Assembly (NCBI GenBank): GCA_964388845.1
Contig: CAYMCD010000004.1
Span: 452 to 64,451 of the forward strand
Reading direction: 5' to 3'
Length of the DNA stretch: 64,000 nt
From: an uncultured Verrucomicrobiota bacterium
Lineage (GTDB): Bacteria; Verrucomicrobiota; Kiritimatiellia; CAIVKH01
Shown piece by piece: positions 12,101 to 18,921 of the stretch. A model generated the notes under the pieces. That model was not told the origin of the DNA, ran no database searches, and was given only the letters and a program-made list of their open reading frames with translations. The translations under genes and the position numbers were made by a program. The stretch's first letter is position 1; each line of letters begins with the position of its first letter.

Positions 12101-15100
12101 GGTGGGCGGCTCGGGCGTCTCGAACCTGTCCGCCGGCGGGATCGCGGTCATCGGCGTGAACGGCACCGCGACGGGCGATCTGGAGCGGTTCTCCTTTGTC
12201 GTGCTGGCGCCGTTCCCCGCCGGCACCGTGATTGAGTTCACGGACTGCGGCTGGGATCCGACCGACCTGAGCGGCACGGGCGACTGGCACCGGGTCACGG
12301 AATTTCACACGAACAAATGGGTCGCCACCGGCAATATTGACGTCGGACGCGTGATCGAGCTGACCCTGAACGACATCAACAACGGCGGCGACCAGGTGAC
12401 GATTTTCCAATATTACGGGGCCACCACGGCGTCGAACGATTCCGAAAACGTGAATTTCGTCTACGCCGTGAACCTGGGTCCGCGCTGGTACGATCCGCCG
12501 GGCGATCCCATCCCCGACGACAACCAAAGCTCCGCCCTCTACCGCGGGTTGACCAACGGCACGACGGCCGTCAGCGTGCCGCTGGACTACGGCGTGGCCA
12601 ACGCCCGCTACATCGGCCCAATGACCGGCACCGCCTCCTACCTGCTGCTCCAGATCAGCGACTCGAACAACTGGGAATCGCTCGCGACCGGCTACCACGA
12701 CATCACGAATTACAGCTTCGAGGTGACCGGCGCGGGCGCCTTCGATTGGAACACGCCGGAGCTGTCCGACGCGCAGGTGCTGGCGGGCGGCTTCATGGTG
12801 ACCAACATCCTGCGCGACCTCGACAGCGGCGTGCTGGCCTCCAACACCTCGTTCGGGCACGCCCCGTATTTCATGCTGTTCAACACAAACGACCAGGTCG
12901 TGGTCTCGAACCTCTTCGTCGTGAGTTTCACGAACGGGACGAGGACGGTCATCACCAACGCGAACAACACCTTCTCCGGACAGTACGATCGCATCACGAT
13001 CGGGATGGGCGAGGCCCTGGTCGCCTGGTCCGACGCGGACGGCGATCGTTCCCTGGACACCTTGATGACAACGAGCCGCGTGCCCGTGCTCATCTTCGAC
13101 GACGACCCGGACGAACCCGTCGCCGGGGCCATGACCCTGTTGAACGGGTCGAACACCGTCACTGAGCAGGCGGGACCGGTCCAGCTGCTTGCGGCGTGGA
13201 ATTTCAACGCCAGCAACACCACGGCCACGTCCGGTTCCGGCACGTGGAGCGACAACCTGCTGACCGCGCCGACCTACGGAAATGCGGGAACCACCATCAA
13301 CGCCGTCTCCGGCGATACGGCGGGCGCCGACATCACGATCACCGCCGGAAGCGGACTGCAGAACAACGGCCGCTACATCCAGTTCCTGCTCAACATGTCC
13401 GGCAGCGAAGGCCTCGTGATGACGTACTCCGCGCGCCGGTCCGGGACCGGCTTCACCACCAACCTGGTCGCCTATTCGACCGACGGGGTGTCGTTCACGC
13501 CGTTCGCGACGAATACGCCGACCCAGGACAGCCACGCCCTGCGTTCCAACGACTTCGGCGCTGTGACCGCGCTGGACGACCAGGGCGCGGTATACATCCG
13601 CATCACGCTGGACGGCGCCACCGCCACCGCGGGCAACAACCGGTTCGACAATTTCCAGTTCAACGCGTTGCGACGGGTCTTCACCCTCACGGACGGCGCG
13701 CTCGCCCTCGTGGCCTCCACCAATCCGCTCTCGTTCAGCTTCAGCGTCTACGACGAGACCAGCGGCGTGGCGCGCGGAACGTCGTCCGACGGGACCAACA
13801 TGAATGTTTCAATTCCCGGCATGGCGACAAACAACACCACGAATTATGCCGCGTCCGCCAGCAGCGCCGGTACGCTCGCGCCCTCGTCCACCAGCCTGTG
13901 GCAGTTCACCTCCTTCACGTACGCGCAGATCGGCGATCTCTATGGAGGCGGGACGAACCTGATCCCCGTCACGGCGAATATCAGCGATCTCGACAACGAT
14001 CGCCTGGACGATCGCCTGCAGCTCACGAACCGTTCGTACGGCACCTTCTTTGTGACCGATGACGACACCAACACGCCGGTTGTCGCGAATGTAAACCTGT
14101 CCGGCGCGTCCGCCGCGCCGTTCGTGGTCGCCACGAACGGCGTCGCGCCGACGAATCTGATCCGCAATTTCATCGCGCGGCGGACCGGCTCGGGAACGGA
14201 CACCCTGACGACCGTCACGGACCAGGAGCTGGCCGATGCGACCAACATCCAGTTCCAGTTCGTCTTCGGCGTCCGCGACGCCCATTCCGGCGTTTCCCGC
14301 GGGGTCTCGGGGACGACCAACGAGGTGATGAGCTTCAGTCTGGGCACCAATATCACGGGCAATTTCACGGACTACAGCGCCGCGCTCTCCACGCCGCAGG
14401 CCACGACCAATCTCCTCCTCACGAACTACTGGACCTTCGGCAATTTCGACAGCGCCGCGATCAATGCCCTGATGGCCTCCACCGGAAATCCCGTACACAT
14501 CACCATGCCCGACCTCGACGACGACCGTCCGTCCGACCGGGCCACCGACTACAGCCGCCTGGTCGGCTACGTGCGCGTCGTGGACGACGACATCCGCGGG
14601 CCGATCATCAATTCGGCGGATATCGCGGGCGCCTACGGAACAAATGTGACGATGTATTCCAGTTTCGAGACCAACCAGAACTGGCCCGCGTCCTCGCTCG
14701 GCAGCGGGACGCCGTGGACCAACGATGCCACGACGGGCCGGTGGATCGCGGATGGGGCGACGTTTGGCGCGCTGGACCCCAAGATCTCCGGCACGCGTCG
14801 CATCGGCCTGCTCACCAATTCGCTCGCGGAGCCGCGTTGGATCCAGCTTCCGCCCATCGCCGATCCCGGCACGCTCGTGCTGTTCGCGGGCCGGTTCAGC
14901 GGAAACGATGTCACCCTGCGGGTCGAACGCGCGGACGGCGCCAGCTGGATCAGCGTCGGCAGCCGGGTCGTCACCAACCTGAATCCGGAATTCGAGCTGT
15001 TCTCCTGGGATATCAACGTCACCGGCGTGACGACGCTCCGCGTCGTGCACGCGGGGACCGGTCCGCAGGTCTACATGGACGATATCAGCGTCTACCCGCA

Positions 15101-16910
15101 GGCCATCTGGATCAGCACGAATTCGCTTACCATGAGCTGGGAGGAGGCGCTGGACGACTTCTCCACGGTCGCCGAATACCGGGTCGTGGCGCCGGCCCAG
15201 TCCGCGGCGCAGCCCGCGACGACCAACGACGGGACGGGGTTGTCCGCCTCGGTGCGGACGAACTCCTTCAATATCACGGGGCAGCAGGGCGTGTTGACGG
15301 GGTATCTCTTCGCCGTGGACAACGACGCGGACCGGGGCCACGACCAGGCCATCGGGAATTTGCAGAAACTCGTGGTCCGCGTGGACACCAATCCGCCGCC
15401 GGTTCCCACCGCGCTGCGCGCGACGGATGCCGCGGCCGGGTATCTCTTCGGCAGCATTGACGAATCGTCCGAGATCCTCGTCCAGTGGACTCCGCCGGGG
15501 ACGAACGCGTCGCAGTCGGCCGGGTGGCGGCAGTCGGACAGCGAGGCGCTGTCGCCGTGGGAGACCTACATCATCACGTATTATGAGGTGGTGGACACCA
15601 ACGGCACGCCGGCCGCGAACGCGGTCACGCAGGTCCTCACGCGGGCGACCGCAGGCTGGTCGAACGCATTGTCCAGCTACGCATTCACCAACCTGTTGCT
15701 CTCCAACCTGACGTTCGATTCCTACTACAAGATCACCGTCCAGGGCCGGGACGAGGCCGGGAATATCGGCCTGTCCACCAGTGTCGTGGGCAACACGGAT
15801 CGCTTTGTGGTCACACAGGGGCTCGCCCGGGCGAACATGGGCCTTTCCGTCCGGTGGACCGGCCCCACGAACGAGACGACCTATCGCGATTACGATGTCA
15901 TTTTCGTGGACAGTTCGGTCGGCTTCCACGCCTCGCTGACGAACAGCTGGGACTGGCTGACCTACACCAACCGGCCGCGGCTGGAGGACTACGGGGGAAC
16001 CAACCGCGTCGCGCCGGGTTGGCTGACGGGCACAACGTACCGGATGTACCGCGTGGCGCGGGAGGATCGCTGGCGGACCAACCAATCGCCGCGCCTGGCC
16101 AGCGTCGAAATCTACGCGGCCAAGGCCCTGCGCCTGCATCCGGGCGAGAACTGGTATTCACTGTTCTCCTGGCCCGACCCCGCGACGACCAATGAGCAGG
16201 AAAGCACCGTCGCCTACGTGTTCGGCACCAACACGCTGCACGCGAGCAACACCTATGCGCAGTCCACGCGCATTTCCTGGTTCGGCGCCACCACCGGCGC
16301 GACCAATATCGGGACGGTGGCCACCTCGATCGTCTGGCTGTCTTCGTCGGCGGGCTGGCAATACGCGCTCGGGGGATCCGGCGCGGCGAATGAGAAGCGC
16401 GTGCCGCTGGGGCAGGGGTTCATGATCGAGGTGCCGACCAATGCCGCGGCGACCAACCTGGTGCTGATCGGGCGGCTGCCGACGCAGTCGCTGTCGCGCG
16501 TGATCTCAGCGCCGGTTTCCACCAACATCCCGGAGTTCCATGTGCTGAGCCACCAGATGCCGGAACGCATCACGGTGTCGAACTTCGTCAGCCAGTTCAG
16601 CGGCTTCGGCGCCGGGCCGTTCGCGAACTACGCGGACGAGATTCGCATACTCGACAACAGCCAGACCAATGGCGTAGCGATGGGTTCGCTGCGCTCGCCG
16701 CGGATGCGCATCTGGTACAGTTCGATCGCCGCGCATTCGAACGCCCCGTGGCGGCGCGCGACAACAGGATCGCCGGCAAATAATCCGTCGGCGATGGGCG
16801 AGATTATCGAGCCGGACGACGCCATCATCATCGTCCGCCGCAAGTCGGGAACCGTGACGTTCGTCAACACGCCCACGTATCCGCCGCCGACCCGGAACAT
16901 CACGCCATGA
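120..16910 (+). CDS. Giant secreted multidomain protein (about 5600 aa): PATR repeats, MAM-like modules, Calx-beta, EEP domain, LTD, FN3/Ig-like modules
   Basis: ORF 78-16910 is uninterrupted. ATG-120 gives a textbook signal peptide (MTRCYYRRWKF-CAAAAALWSYLWV-TDGRA); GTG-189 is an alternative start. Domains recognised by eye: FN3-like (~700-1020); PATR repeats GTGTLALTG/GTLxAxxxFT (~1750-2800); MAM-like modules (FEG..W..SYDGGTTW..FFVDDIELS; ~3300-3820 and ~8520-8990); Calx-beta-like ending ATVVIQDDDAITI (~3840-4150); EEP domain (~4150-4935; VVAIQEW, SRWPI, HVVSTHF, VVAGDLN, YDFVLPN); LTD (~5388-5690; LFFSEYVEGSSNNKFLEIYNGTG...DDAIAL); and three ~225-aa tandem modules ending YFDEIRVAT(S/N)W. 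No PEP-CTERM, LPXTG or TM anchor at the C-terminus. Confidence 0.9.
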   Translation: MTRCYYRRWKFCAAAAALWSYLWVTDGRADVYLGKDGGLEGIATVDDSTTFSTGQSNKWTKDNATITISQETVNIRSGANALRVLNASTTGRRIRSPFNSFGSKTTGITIQYYRMITNVSNSASNQEGVVRSSTESLQGTYDRPASANSWDKQTYSPASATFTSIVGVILSRGPTASGGNIYIDDMCIYDGSVDTTAPNAPGSVVVENATTTSLDIRWGAASGGVDSGGYLVVRYTASPAASDDPNANGIYASNNTFTVTLTGTVRYQGTGTNFTDTGLASSQAYYYKVYTYDKAYNYSSESSGNGTTLSSCTPVGAVTFVQQTNYYTKYSSGGDIFNVDAARMGMWANSGSEQAVAWRAFRTDGSGGGELRELQPGDRFRVTINGPNPSGLVGVSINDGAATGSWDNRTNNTRGFIQVQGGGANDYFVTHGGGTPAWSGVRPNSTDQTLVFDILSSAEFTANIEGQTAKYDLSMLNGPGDGDRVDGFSLFLNNDAGDIHWKQTTMVTNLGYVELGADNGTRSIAGKITDSTDPACTNTAAPNLLRKTGTGTVTLQNTANTYTMGTRVEAGTLAVFNDGSLGAAPGGAVATNLNIWSSGTLRATNSFTISANRGIALGDVSGPGIEVDSGKTLTYAGALGGNAEWNKKGTGTLALTGTSSTNNGKVVIQGGTLQLAGDGSLGAVPGAASEKINIWSTGTLEANATFTLNANRRIELGAVAGPKISVAGGYTLTYGGQISGSANWSKESAGTLALTGAVGSASGTLVLNAGTVAFDGTNTSQAVGVTASGFLYGNGSIGALTITGQVSAGGASNTVGNLRTTSLNLQDNGRLQVNFSAMTGTAGTDWDVITVGGGSGTYTVNAADGSDFVLALKGNPTFNNALGYTNIIADAGTASGFVSNKFTVSTDEFTPGLGGGAFVVDAAGGDLRLIFIPSVVAEPDMGVLGTNGAAISNGDVAPSAADGTDFGQVYVLGARAVTNVFAITNAGTANLTLSSVSTSSAMGAAADFAVLSWPSTISPGAKSNLVIAFDPSDVGVRTALVSIANNDTNNNPYTFVLAGEGTGAYSAITLQGFEGSAADTWTYTRAAGAGDIYVDGDTNAGGAYALTFRGSASSNSDPYLEFDTIDLSGYGSVTLRVAFAVAGADNGDDLELDLSYDGGTTWNGPGSTTLVYGASNTNLGFTGTGASTVPANPWTVALPSTAQQVRVRIRFDESANDNTFDRFFVDDIELSGMGAAPTVALGDVLYSTSETDATVTVPVSISASFSATVQVALAGTATGGGTDYSANTTNVIFSAGGATTSNLVFTLNNDGAAEGPEEIGVTLVAARGARVGGPAAATVVIQDDDAITIMSANLTSGTNLVDGTYWYTETSQRIFKRLRPDVVAIQEWKFTNAGARAFVDAVFGTNYYYYIEPESDPNPIPNGVISRWPITASNEWTDTYVGARDHAQVTIDIPGNRDLHVVSTHFKAGPGDAATRESQARELTNYIAGAAFPTNDYVVVAGDLNLTNRTETTFVVVTSVVTDAHQPADRDGDLNTNLGRSAPYDFVLPNHVLDADHLAVAVAGVSFANGVVFDSRQYKDHLTPILVEDSYEANRTHMAVVKVFTISTSAAPPTVTTTIASATNQTTATAGGNVTDDGGASVTNRGVVWALDPATPTVPGAQTTNGTGTGSYSSTLTNLTPGATYNYRAFAQNSAGTGYGATNSLTTPCFSGIVTGLVASATNETDFTAAWSNFAGATGYSLDVSTNATFGGAGSPDLFFSEYVEGSSNNKFLEIYNGTGASVDLSNYKVLHFNNGASTPTYSLTLSGTLSAGAVYVIENSSESLGVTADLSTSSSVMNFNGDDAIALTNTLAGGYADVIGQIGTDPGTEWGTGSASTADNTIRRMSSVTGGDTNGANSFDPATEWDGYATDTVSGLGSHTGGASPSYVPGYSNRTVSVSGASVTGLTGGATYYFRVRATNDYCATDNSATQSVTTISYVPDVAALGTNLAAIVISNTAPAIANGTDFGSIGVNLSNRMHTFTITNSGTAALGVGTVTTTGTHAADFIVVSQPAASIAAGGSSTFQVQFDPGAAGQRDATLTFTNTVSGKTPYPFAARGTGVLAGIGYGPAATSVTVMVGTTPSAAAFGVTNVGRGRLDYATSTNAAWLSVSPVSANLNEGGAQAHTISFNVTGLSAGTSNATVTITDAGASNSPQTVAVTLILTNIPNPTAVSAWAHGRELIRLGWTRPTGLDVMIVYRETNAPSVPAQGQGYSIGDTYGGDGSRVIYKGSAAQLEHVVLPGRTNHYALHAINNDHYSPGVATNIATTAYPASEIVEPFAYTNTGTLATGGHGGGGNGWTNSWQYDTGNFNISSGNFANISVYPTNAANRVRINSADIDGTSKAARRHFAAYTTGKVYAAYMLNYAYNGANKFAGLSFMDGTNEMMYYGEDYNSDQKLAVGSSSTATNIYAGVGNDYLIVGLYDFTADTGYGLVYKIGTDSVPASEPSVWHGSHSNNAIARIDGIRIAAGAGGGSGTPGDTYFDEIRVATSWELLLANYAQPEIAALGTNLAVLTTANTPDYANGSDFGATAVTGGQVDRTLFITNSDAGALNVSGLSTSGAQAADFIVVSWPAKVSPGAVSNLVLRFDPFASGVRTGAITIASDDADEGSYVFHVRGTGQVPPTVATTIASATNQTSATAGGNVTDDGYAPVTNRGVVWSASAGPTVPGAQTTNGTGTGSYSSTLTNLTPGAPYYYRAFAQNSAGTGYGTEYTLTTLCFSGLVTGHYVSATNDVNFTVVWSNFADASGYALDVSSNAGFAVNSGGSVYTNTWEGASKGAYASGTVVIAGITWWMDDALIGTSASDRKNGSNAARVQNSGVIGMQTSTNMGLSSITLLHGVYGSDGNSDGRVEYSTDGWATWSTAGTFTATSTSLTAFEATNLNVSGSVAVRIVKTSGGGDRYNLDDILLHPYSQAPSFVPGYSNRAVSGTSASVTGLVSGATYYYRIRATNAYCATENSTTGSVTTVVLAASIDILGNGALIVDGDATPSPTDHTDFGGVGLVNSNLVRTFTITNAGPGALSVYGVSTSGAAAADFIVIAPPGTPVSADATTTFQVRFNPTALGTRTATLAVSNNVTGKTLYDFVVQGTGVAASLVVAPSSLSVTSVLGSAPAGLGFGVTNSGRGDLVYGVATNVNWLSVSPNAATNAETEGRQHTLTFTAPGLHAGVSNATITVTDTNAVGSPQVVAVEWTLTAIPPVLSAGVTNDGNELVRIGWTKDSGYDVMIVHNRTNPPSAPANGTSYSVGGAVGSDGSRVIYSGGGAELQHVVAPGSDNYYAFYSVNNNHYSTPLSTNTTTGAYAAGEIVEPFAYTSGVTMISRQGGNGWGANFWTGDTNAFSVSNLSFAAQTNYPTPRANKLAVTPQDGGSNTIRRQFTNTYASGRLYVGYIVNFQYSGADKYAGLSLMSNTTERLFVGEVSTADLRLGLDGSSSNRVLNNGAGNDYIVVMRYDWSSGLAAASAYKVGTDAVPDSEPTAWDMMLSKASNAVGRINGLRLVAGTTGSGTPGTTYFDEIRVATNWSELIQMLPSRVIYDGFASSSGALSGGGGGTGWSDTWAIGGDPFADYTATSFGIEKSSYYQPTGNKIVLYGDVNGRWITASRTFLEPFTNGAVYFSWMMNYEFNGTDKYAGLKLLDGGSEKAFVGKVSGADKALGIDSSSSNQTSTNDIENASGNDYVVVAKYDFATRVLSATTYRTITNAVAEEPNGYWLVTTTQGVGHITSLTGVRLSIGAGASVQVGDVYYDEVRVGTNWFEVTRKDGEAQAPAMANGPTPRLLYVGTNYNPALNPQGILNDITVTDADLINTADPLDIAILWSNSYGVFMTNASPAIKNISSRLGRVTPNYDPVVLTGSQFQSTGADASFTNFAGNNGSTVVTTYQHRAFNITNSTYDDAYYITVSAENNNLGGGTFAAPNAGDAIPYWRALTVNTALQFYVQDDDISYPELLEFTIDGVGGSGVSNLSAGGIAVIGVNGTATGDLERFSFVVLAPFPAGTVIEFTDCGWDPTDLSGTGDWHRVTEFHTNKWVATGNIDVGRVIELTLNDINNGGDQVTIFQYYGATTASNDSENVNFVYAVNLGPRWYDPPGDPIPDDNQSSALYRGLTNGTTAVSVPLDYGVANARYIGPMTGTASYLLLQISDSNNWESLATGYHDITNYSFEVTGAGAFDWNTPELSDAQVLAGGFMVTNILRDLDSGVLASNTSFGHAPYFMLFNTNDQVVVSNLFVVSFTNGTRTVITNANNTFSGQYDRITIGMGEALVAWSDADGDRSLDTLMTTSRVPVLIFDDDPDEPVAGAMTLLNGSNTVTEQAGPVQLLAAWNFNASNTTATSGSGTWSDNLLTAPTYGNAGTTINAVSGDTAGADITITAGSGLQNNGRYIQFLLNMSGSEGLVMTYSARRSGTGFTTNLVAYSTDGVSFTPFATNTPTQDSHALRSNDFGAVTALDDQGAVYIRITLDGATATAGNNRFDNFQFNALRRVFTLTDGALALVASTNPLSFSFSVYDETSGVARGTSSDGTNMNVSIPGMATNNTTNYAASASSAGTLAPSSTSLWQFTSFTYAQIGDLYGGGTNLIPVTANISDLDNDRLDDRLQLTNRSYGTFFVTDDDTNTPVVANVNLSGASAAPFVVATNGVAPTNLIRNFIARRTGSGTDTLTTVTDQELADATNIQFQFVFGVRDAHSGVSRGVSGTTNEVMSFSLGTNITGNFTDYSAALSTPQATTNLLLTNYWTFGNFDSAAINALMASTGNPVHITMPDLDDDRPSDRATDYSRLVGYVRVVDDDIRGPIINSADIAGAYGTNVTMYSSFETNQNWPASSLGSGTPWTNDATTGRWIADGATFGALDPKISGTRRIGLLTNSLAEPRWIQLPPIADPGTLVLFAGRFSGNDVTLRVERADGASWISVGSRVVTNLNPEFELFSWDINVTGVTTLRVVHAGTGPQVYMDDISVYPQAIWISTNSLTMSWEEALDDFSTVAEYRVVAPAQSAAQPATTNDGTGLSASVRTNSFNITGQQGVLTGYLFAVDNDADRGHDQAIGNLQKLVVRVDTNPPPVPTALRATDAAAGYLFGSIDESSEILVQWTPPGTNASQSAGWRQSDSEALSPWETYIITYYEVVDTNGTPAANAVTQVLTRATAGWSNALSSYAFTNLLLSNLTFDSYYKITVQGRDEAGNIGLSTSVVGNTDRFVVTQGLARANMGLSVRWTGPTNETTYRDYDVIFVDSSVGFHASLTNSWDWLTYTNRPRLEDYGGTNRVAPGWLTGTTYRMYRVAREDRWRTNQSPRLASVEIYAAKALRLHPGENWYSLFSWPDPATTNEQESTVAYVFGTNTLHASNTYAQSTRISWFGATTGATNIGTVATSIVWLSSSAGWQYALGGSGAANEKRVPLGQGFMIEVPTNAAATNLVLIGRLPTQSLSRVISAPVSTNIPEFHVLSHQMPERITVSNFVSQFSGFGAGPFANYADEIRILDNSQTNGVAMGSLRSPRMRIWYSSIAAHSNAPWRRATTGSPANNPSAMGEIIEPDDAIIIVRRKSGTVTFVNTPTYPPPTRNITP
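4930..10815 (+). repeat. Intragenic segmental duplication: unit A ~4930-7740 is repeated as unit B ~8100-10815, offset ~3.1-3.2 kb
   Basis: Protein level: PPTVTTTIASATNQTTATAGGNVTDDG...AFAQNSAGTGYG (4930-5350) versus PPTVATTIASATNQTSATAGGNVTDDG...AFAQNSAGTGYG (8100-8520); PSYVPGYSNRTVSVSGASVTGL... (5880-) versus PSFVPGYSNRAVSGTSASVTGL... (8995-); EIVEPFAYTNTG... (7060-7735) versus EIVEPFAYTSGV... (10156-10820). A stretch of more than 60 nt is identical at 5102-5170 and 8258-8326 (cgcagacgacgaacgggacgggcacgggcagctactcctcgacgctgacgaacctgacgcccggcgcg). Unit A carries the LTD (5388-5690); unit B has a MAM-like insert at that position (8520-8990). Confidence 0.85.
10156..11510 (+). repeat. Tandem pair of ~675-nt modules (10156-10820 and 10836-11510), homologous to 7060-7735; each encodes a ~225-aa domain starting NGW and ending YFDE(I/V)RV(A/G)T(N/S)W
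   Basis: Three aligned protein segments read from the ORF: GGHGGGGNGWTNSWQYDTGNFNISSGNF...; QGGNGWGANFWTGDTNAFSVSNLSF...; GGGGTGWSDTWAIGGDPFADYTATSFGI.... All share the internal motif NG(A/T)(N/D)K(F/Y)AGL(S/K)(F/L)(M/L)D. Confidence 0.8.
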
Positions 16911-17776
16911 AAACGATCCGACAGCACACCCCCGGGATGCGGATGGCCGCCATCGCCGCGCTGGCGGCGGGCGCGTGGGCCCTGTCGGCGCGCGCCCAGC
17001 ACGCCCCGCTCGCCTACGAAAACAGCGCGCCGGTCGTCAATGAATTCGGCCAGCCCCTGTCCGGGACGGCCGCCGGCGGCGCGCGGGTCGAAATACTTTC
17101 GGCCCCGATCGGCGTGTACGCCCCGGCGATGGACGGCCAGCCGCACCCGAGCAATACGGTGCTCGCGGTTGCGCACATCGGCGCGGGGGCGGACCCCGGC
17201 CCGGGGGCATCAGGCCTCGTCTCCGGCGCCATCCTGCTGGACCGCACAAAGGCCACGAAGCTGTTCGCGCGCGTCTTTAATCGCGAGACGCGGGAGCTCT
17301 CGTCGTTCTACGGCGATAGCGCGGTCTACACCAATCCGACCGCGGTGTACGGCGTGTTCTCCTTCGAGGTCTCGGCCGCCCAGCAGCCGCTCGATCCGGG
17401 CGATGGCGACGCGGACGGGTTGAATAATTCGTGGGAAAAGAGCCTCGGTTCCAATCCGAACCTCGACGATACGGATGAGGACGGTGTATCCGACGGACAC
17501 GAGTTTCGCGCGGGCACGGAACTCCTGGACGACCAGTCCTTCCTCGCCATGATCCGCGTGCTCCCCTCCGCGGGGGGACACCTCCGCGTCGAGTGGGACA
17601 GCGTGGCCGGCAAGTCCTACCAGTTGCAGTACGCGCCCTCTGAAATGCTGGACGACAGCCTGGTCTTCAGCAACGTGAACGCCGCCGTCACGGCCGCGGA
17701 TGCCTCCGCGCATACGATCGTCACCAACGGCGCAAGCCTGCCGGCGGGCGTGTTTCGGGTACACCTGGTCGAATAA
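16907..17776 (+). CDS. Secreted protein (289 aa) with acidic thrombospondin-type-3-like Ca-binding repeats and a conserved C-terminal beta module
   Basis: ATGA start/stop overlap with the giant gene (16907-16910). Signal peptide MKTIRQHTPGMRMAAIAALAAGAWALSARAQ. Repeats DPGDGDADGLNNSWE...NPNLDDTDEDGVSDGHEF. The C-terminal ~80 aa (..GGHLRVEWDSVAGKSYQLQYAPS...GVFRVHLVE) align with the C-terminus of the second giant protein (62160-62495). Confidence 0.75.
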   Translation: MKTIRQHTPGMRMAAIAALAAGAWALSARAQHAPLAYENSAPVVNEFGQPLSGTAAGGARVEILSAPIGVYAPAMDGQPHPSNTVLAVAHIGAGADPGPGASGLVSGAILLDRTKATKLFARVFNRETRELSSFYGDSAVYTNPTAVYGVFSFEVSAAQQPLDPGDGDADGLNNSWEKSLGSNPNLDDTDEDGVSDGHEFRAGTELLDDQSFLAMIRVLPSAGGHLRVEWDSVAGKSYQLQYAPSEMLDDSLVFSNVNAAVTAADASAHTIVTNGASLPAGVFRVHLVE

Positions 17777-17998
17777 CCCGCCCTGTGGAGGACCGATAAT
17801 TCTTCGCGGCTTGACGCCTCCGCGCCGCCGGTCCACCGTTCTGCCGTGACTGCGGCGAGCGTAGCGTGTTCAATCCTGGCCCGCGTGGTGCGCGCTCCGC
17901 GTGCAACATGCGCCCGAAGGGCCCAAGCAGATGCGCCTTGCGCCACGCCGCGGGGTCGCCCCGAACCGACATTCCGCCTCATATGCGGACTGGTTCTC

Positions 17999-18748
17999 AT
18001 GGCCGCCGGCGCCCCGGCGGCGTCGGATTTCGACGATTTCATGCTGCGCAACCCGGGGCCCTGCGTCCGCGCCGGCGAACCCCTCATGCTCCGCTGGGAG
18101 GCGGGGCAACGCGCGTTTGCGGGCGGCGCATACACCGAGGCAACAAGCGCTTTTCTCGCGGTCGCTGAGGGCTGTCCAGCCGATGCGTCCGCCCGGCACA
18201 TGGCGGCGCTCTCCGCGCTGGCGTCGGGCGAGCCGGCCCAGGCGATCCGATTGTTTGTCCGTGCCGAACGCCTACCCGGCGCGGACGCGCGCGTCGCGTT
18301 CGCGCTCGCCGCCGCCCACACCAATGCAACGGATGAAGCCAGCGCCATCGGATGGCTCAAGCGCGGTCTCGCGCGGGCGGCCCCCGCCGAACGGCCCTTC
18401 TGGGTTACCCGCCCTGCCTTTGCCCGGCTCTGGAACAACCGGGCGCCGGCCTTCCTGGCGCTGTTGGAGGAATTCGACCTCCCGACCGACGCAACCGAGG
18501 CCGCCTTCAGGTCCAAGGCGCCCCCGCCCGACAGCCCTCCGGCCGGGCCGCCGCCCGAAGCGAGTGGGCTCCGCCTGCAACTGTCGTATTTCGATCCCGC
18601 GGCAGCCGCCATGGACAAAATCATCTATATGAAGCGGCAGATTGAAATAAACATGATCAAGCGCATCCGGGTGGATGAGGCGGATGTCGAAGAACCGTGG
18701 GCGTTCCCCGAGGGAGAGGAAATGCTTGAAAAGCCACAAGAGCCTTGA
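17999..18748 (+). CDS. Hypothetical TPR-like helical-repeat protein; start uncertain (ORF opens at 17846)
   Basis: ORF 17846-18748. Ala/Leu-rich helical repeats (..AQAIRLFVRAERLPGADARVAFALAAAHTNATDEASAIGWLKRGLARAAP..) and a Pro-rich linker. The C-terminal tail (18600-18748, KIIYMKRQIEINMIKRIRVDEADVEE) is at a clearly lower GC than its surroundings. ATG-17999 was chosen as the first ATG; no clear RBS was found. Confidence 0.4.
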   Translation: MAAGAPAASDFDDFMLRNPGPCVRAGEPLMLRWEAGQRAFAGGAYTEATSAFLAVAEGCPADASARHMAALSALASGEPAQAIRLFVRAERLPGADARVAFALAAAHTNATDEASAIGWLKRGLARAAPAERPFWVTRPAFARLWNNRAPAFLALLEEFDLPTDATEAAFRSKAPPPDSPPAGPPPEASGLRLQLSYFDPAAAAMDKIIYMKRQIEINMIKRIRVDEADVEEPWAFPEGEEMLEKPQEP

Positions 18749-18921
18749 CCCGAGTGCCTTCGCCGATGAAACTATGCCCGGGTAAATTCACGGACGCATT
18801 GTCCCGGTCCGCGGCGATTCTGGCGGAGTGGCCAGGGTGGCTCATTTGACCCGATCCGGCGATCCCTGAAGTCGTCCCGGAACCGGTACCGGGCGCGGCG
18901 TTCGCGGAGTGCTCGCAAGCC

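Noticed and set aside
3459-16139. Long minus-strand ORFs inside the giant gene (3459-5495 678 aa, 6306-11804 1832 aa, 11859-13535 558 aa, 13809-16139 776 aa)
   Set aside because: They are Arg/Gly/Pro/Asp-rich with low-complexity translations on the antisense strand of a well-supported 5.6k-aa gene. This is the typical high-GC shadow-ORF artefact, with no recognisable domains.
16700-16910. PEP-CTERM, LPXTG or other known sorting tails on the giant proteins
   Set aside because: The C-termini were read directly (..VNTPTYPPPTRNITP and ..IRIYRVRVRAP). There is no P-E-P motif, no terminal TM helix plus Arg cluster, and no LPXTG.
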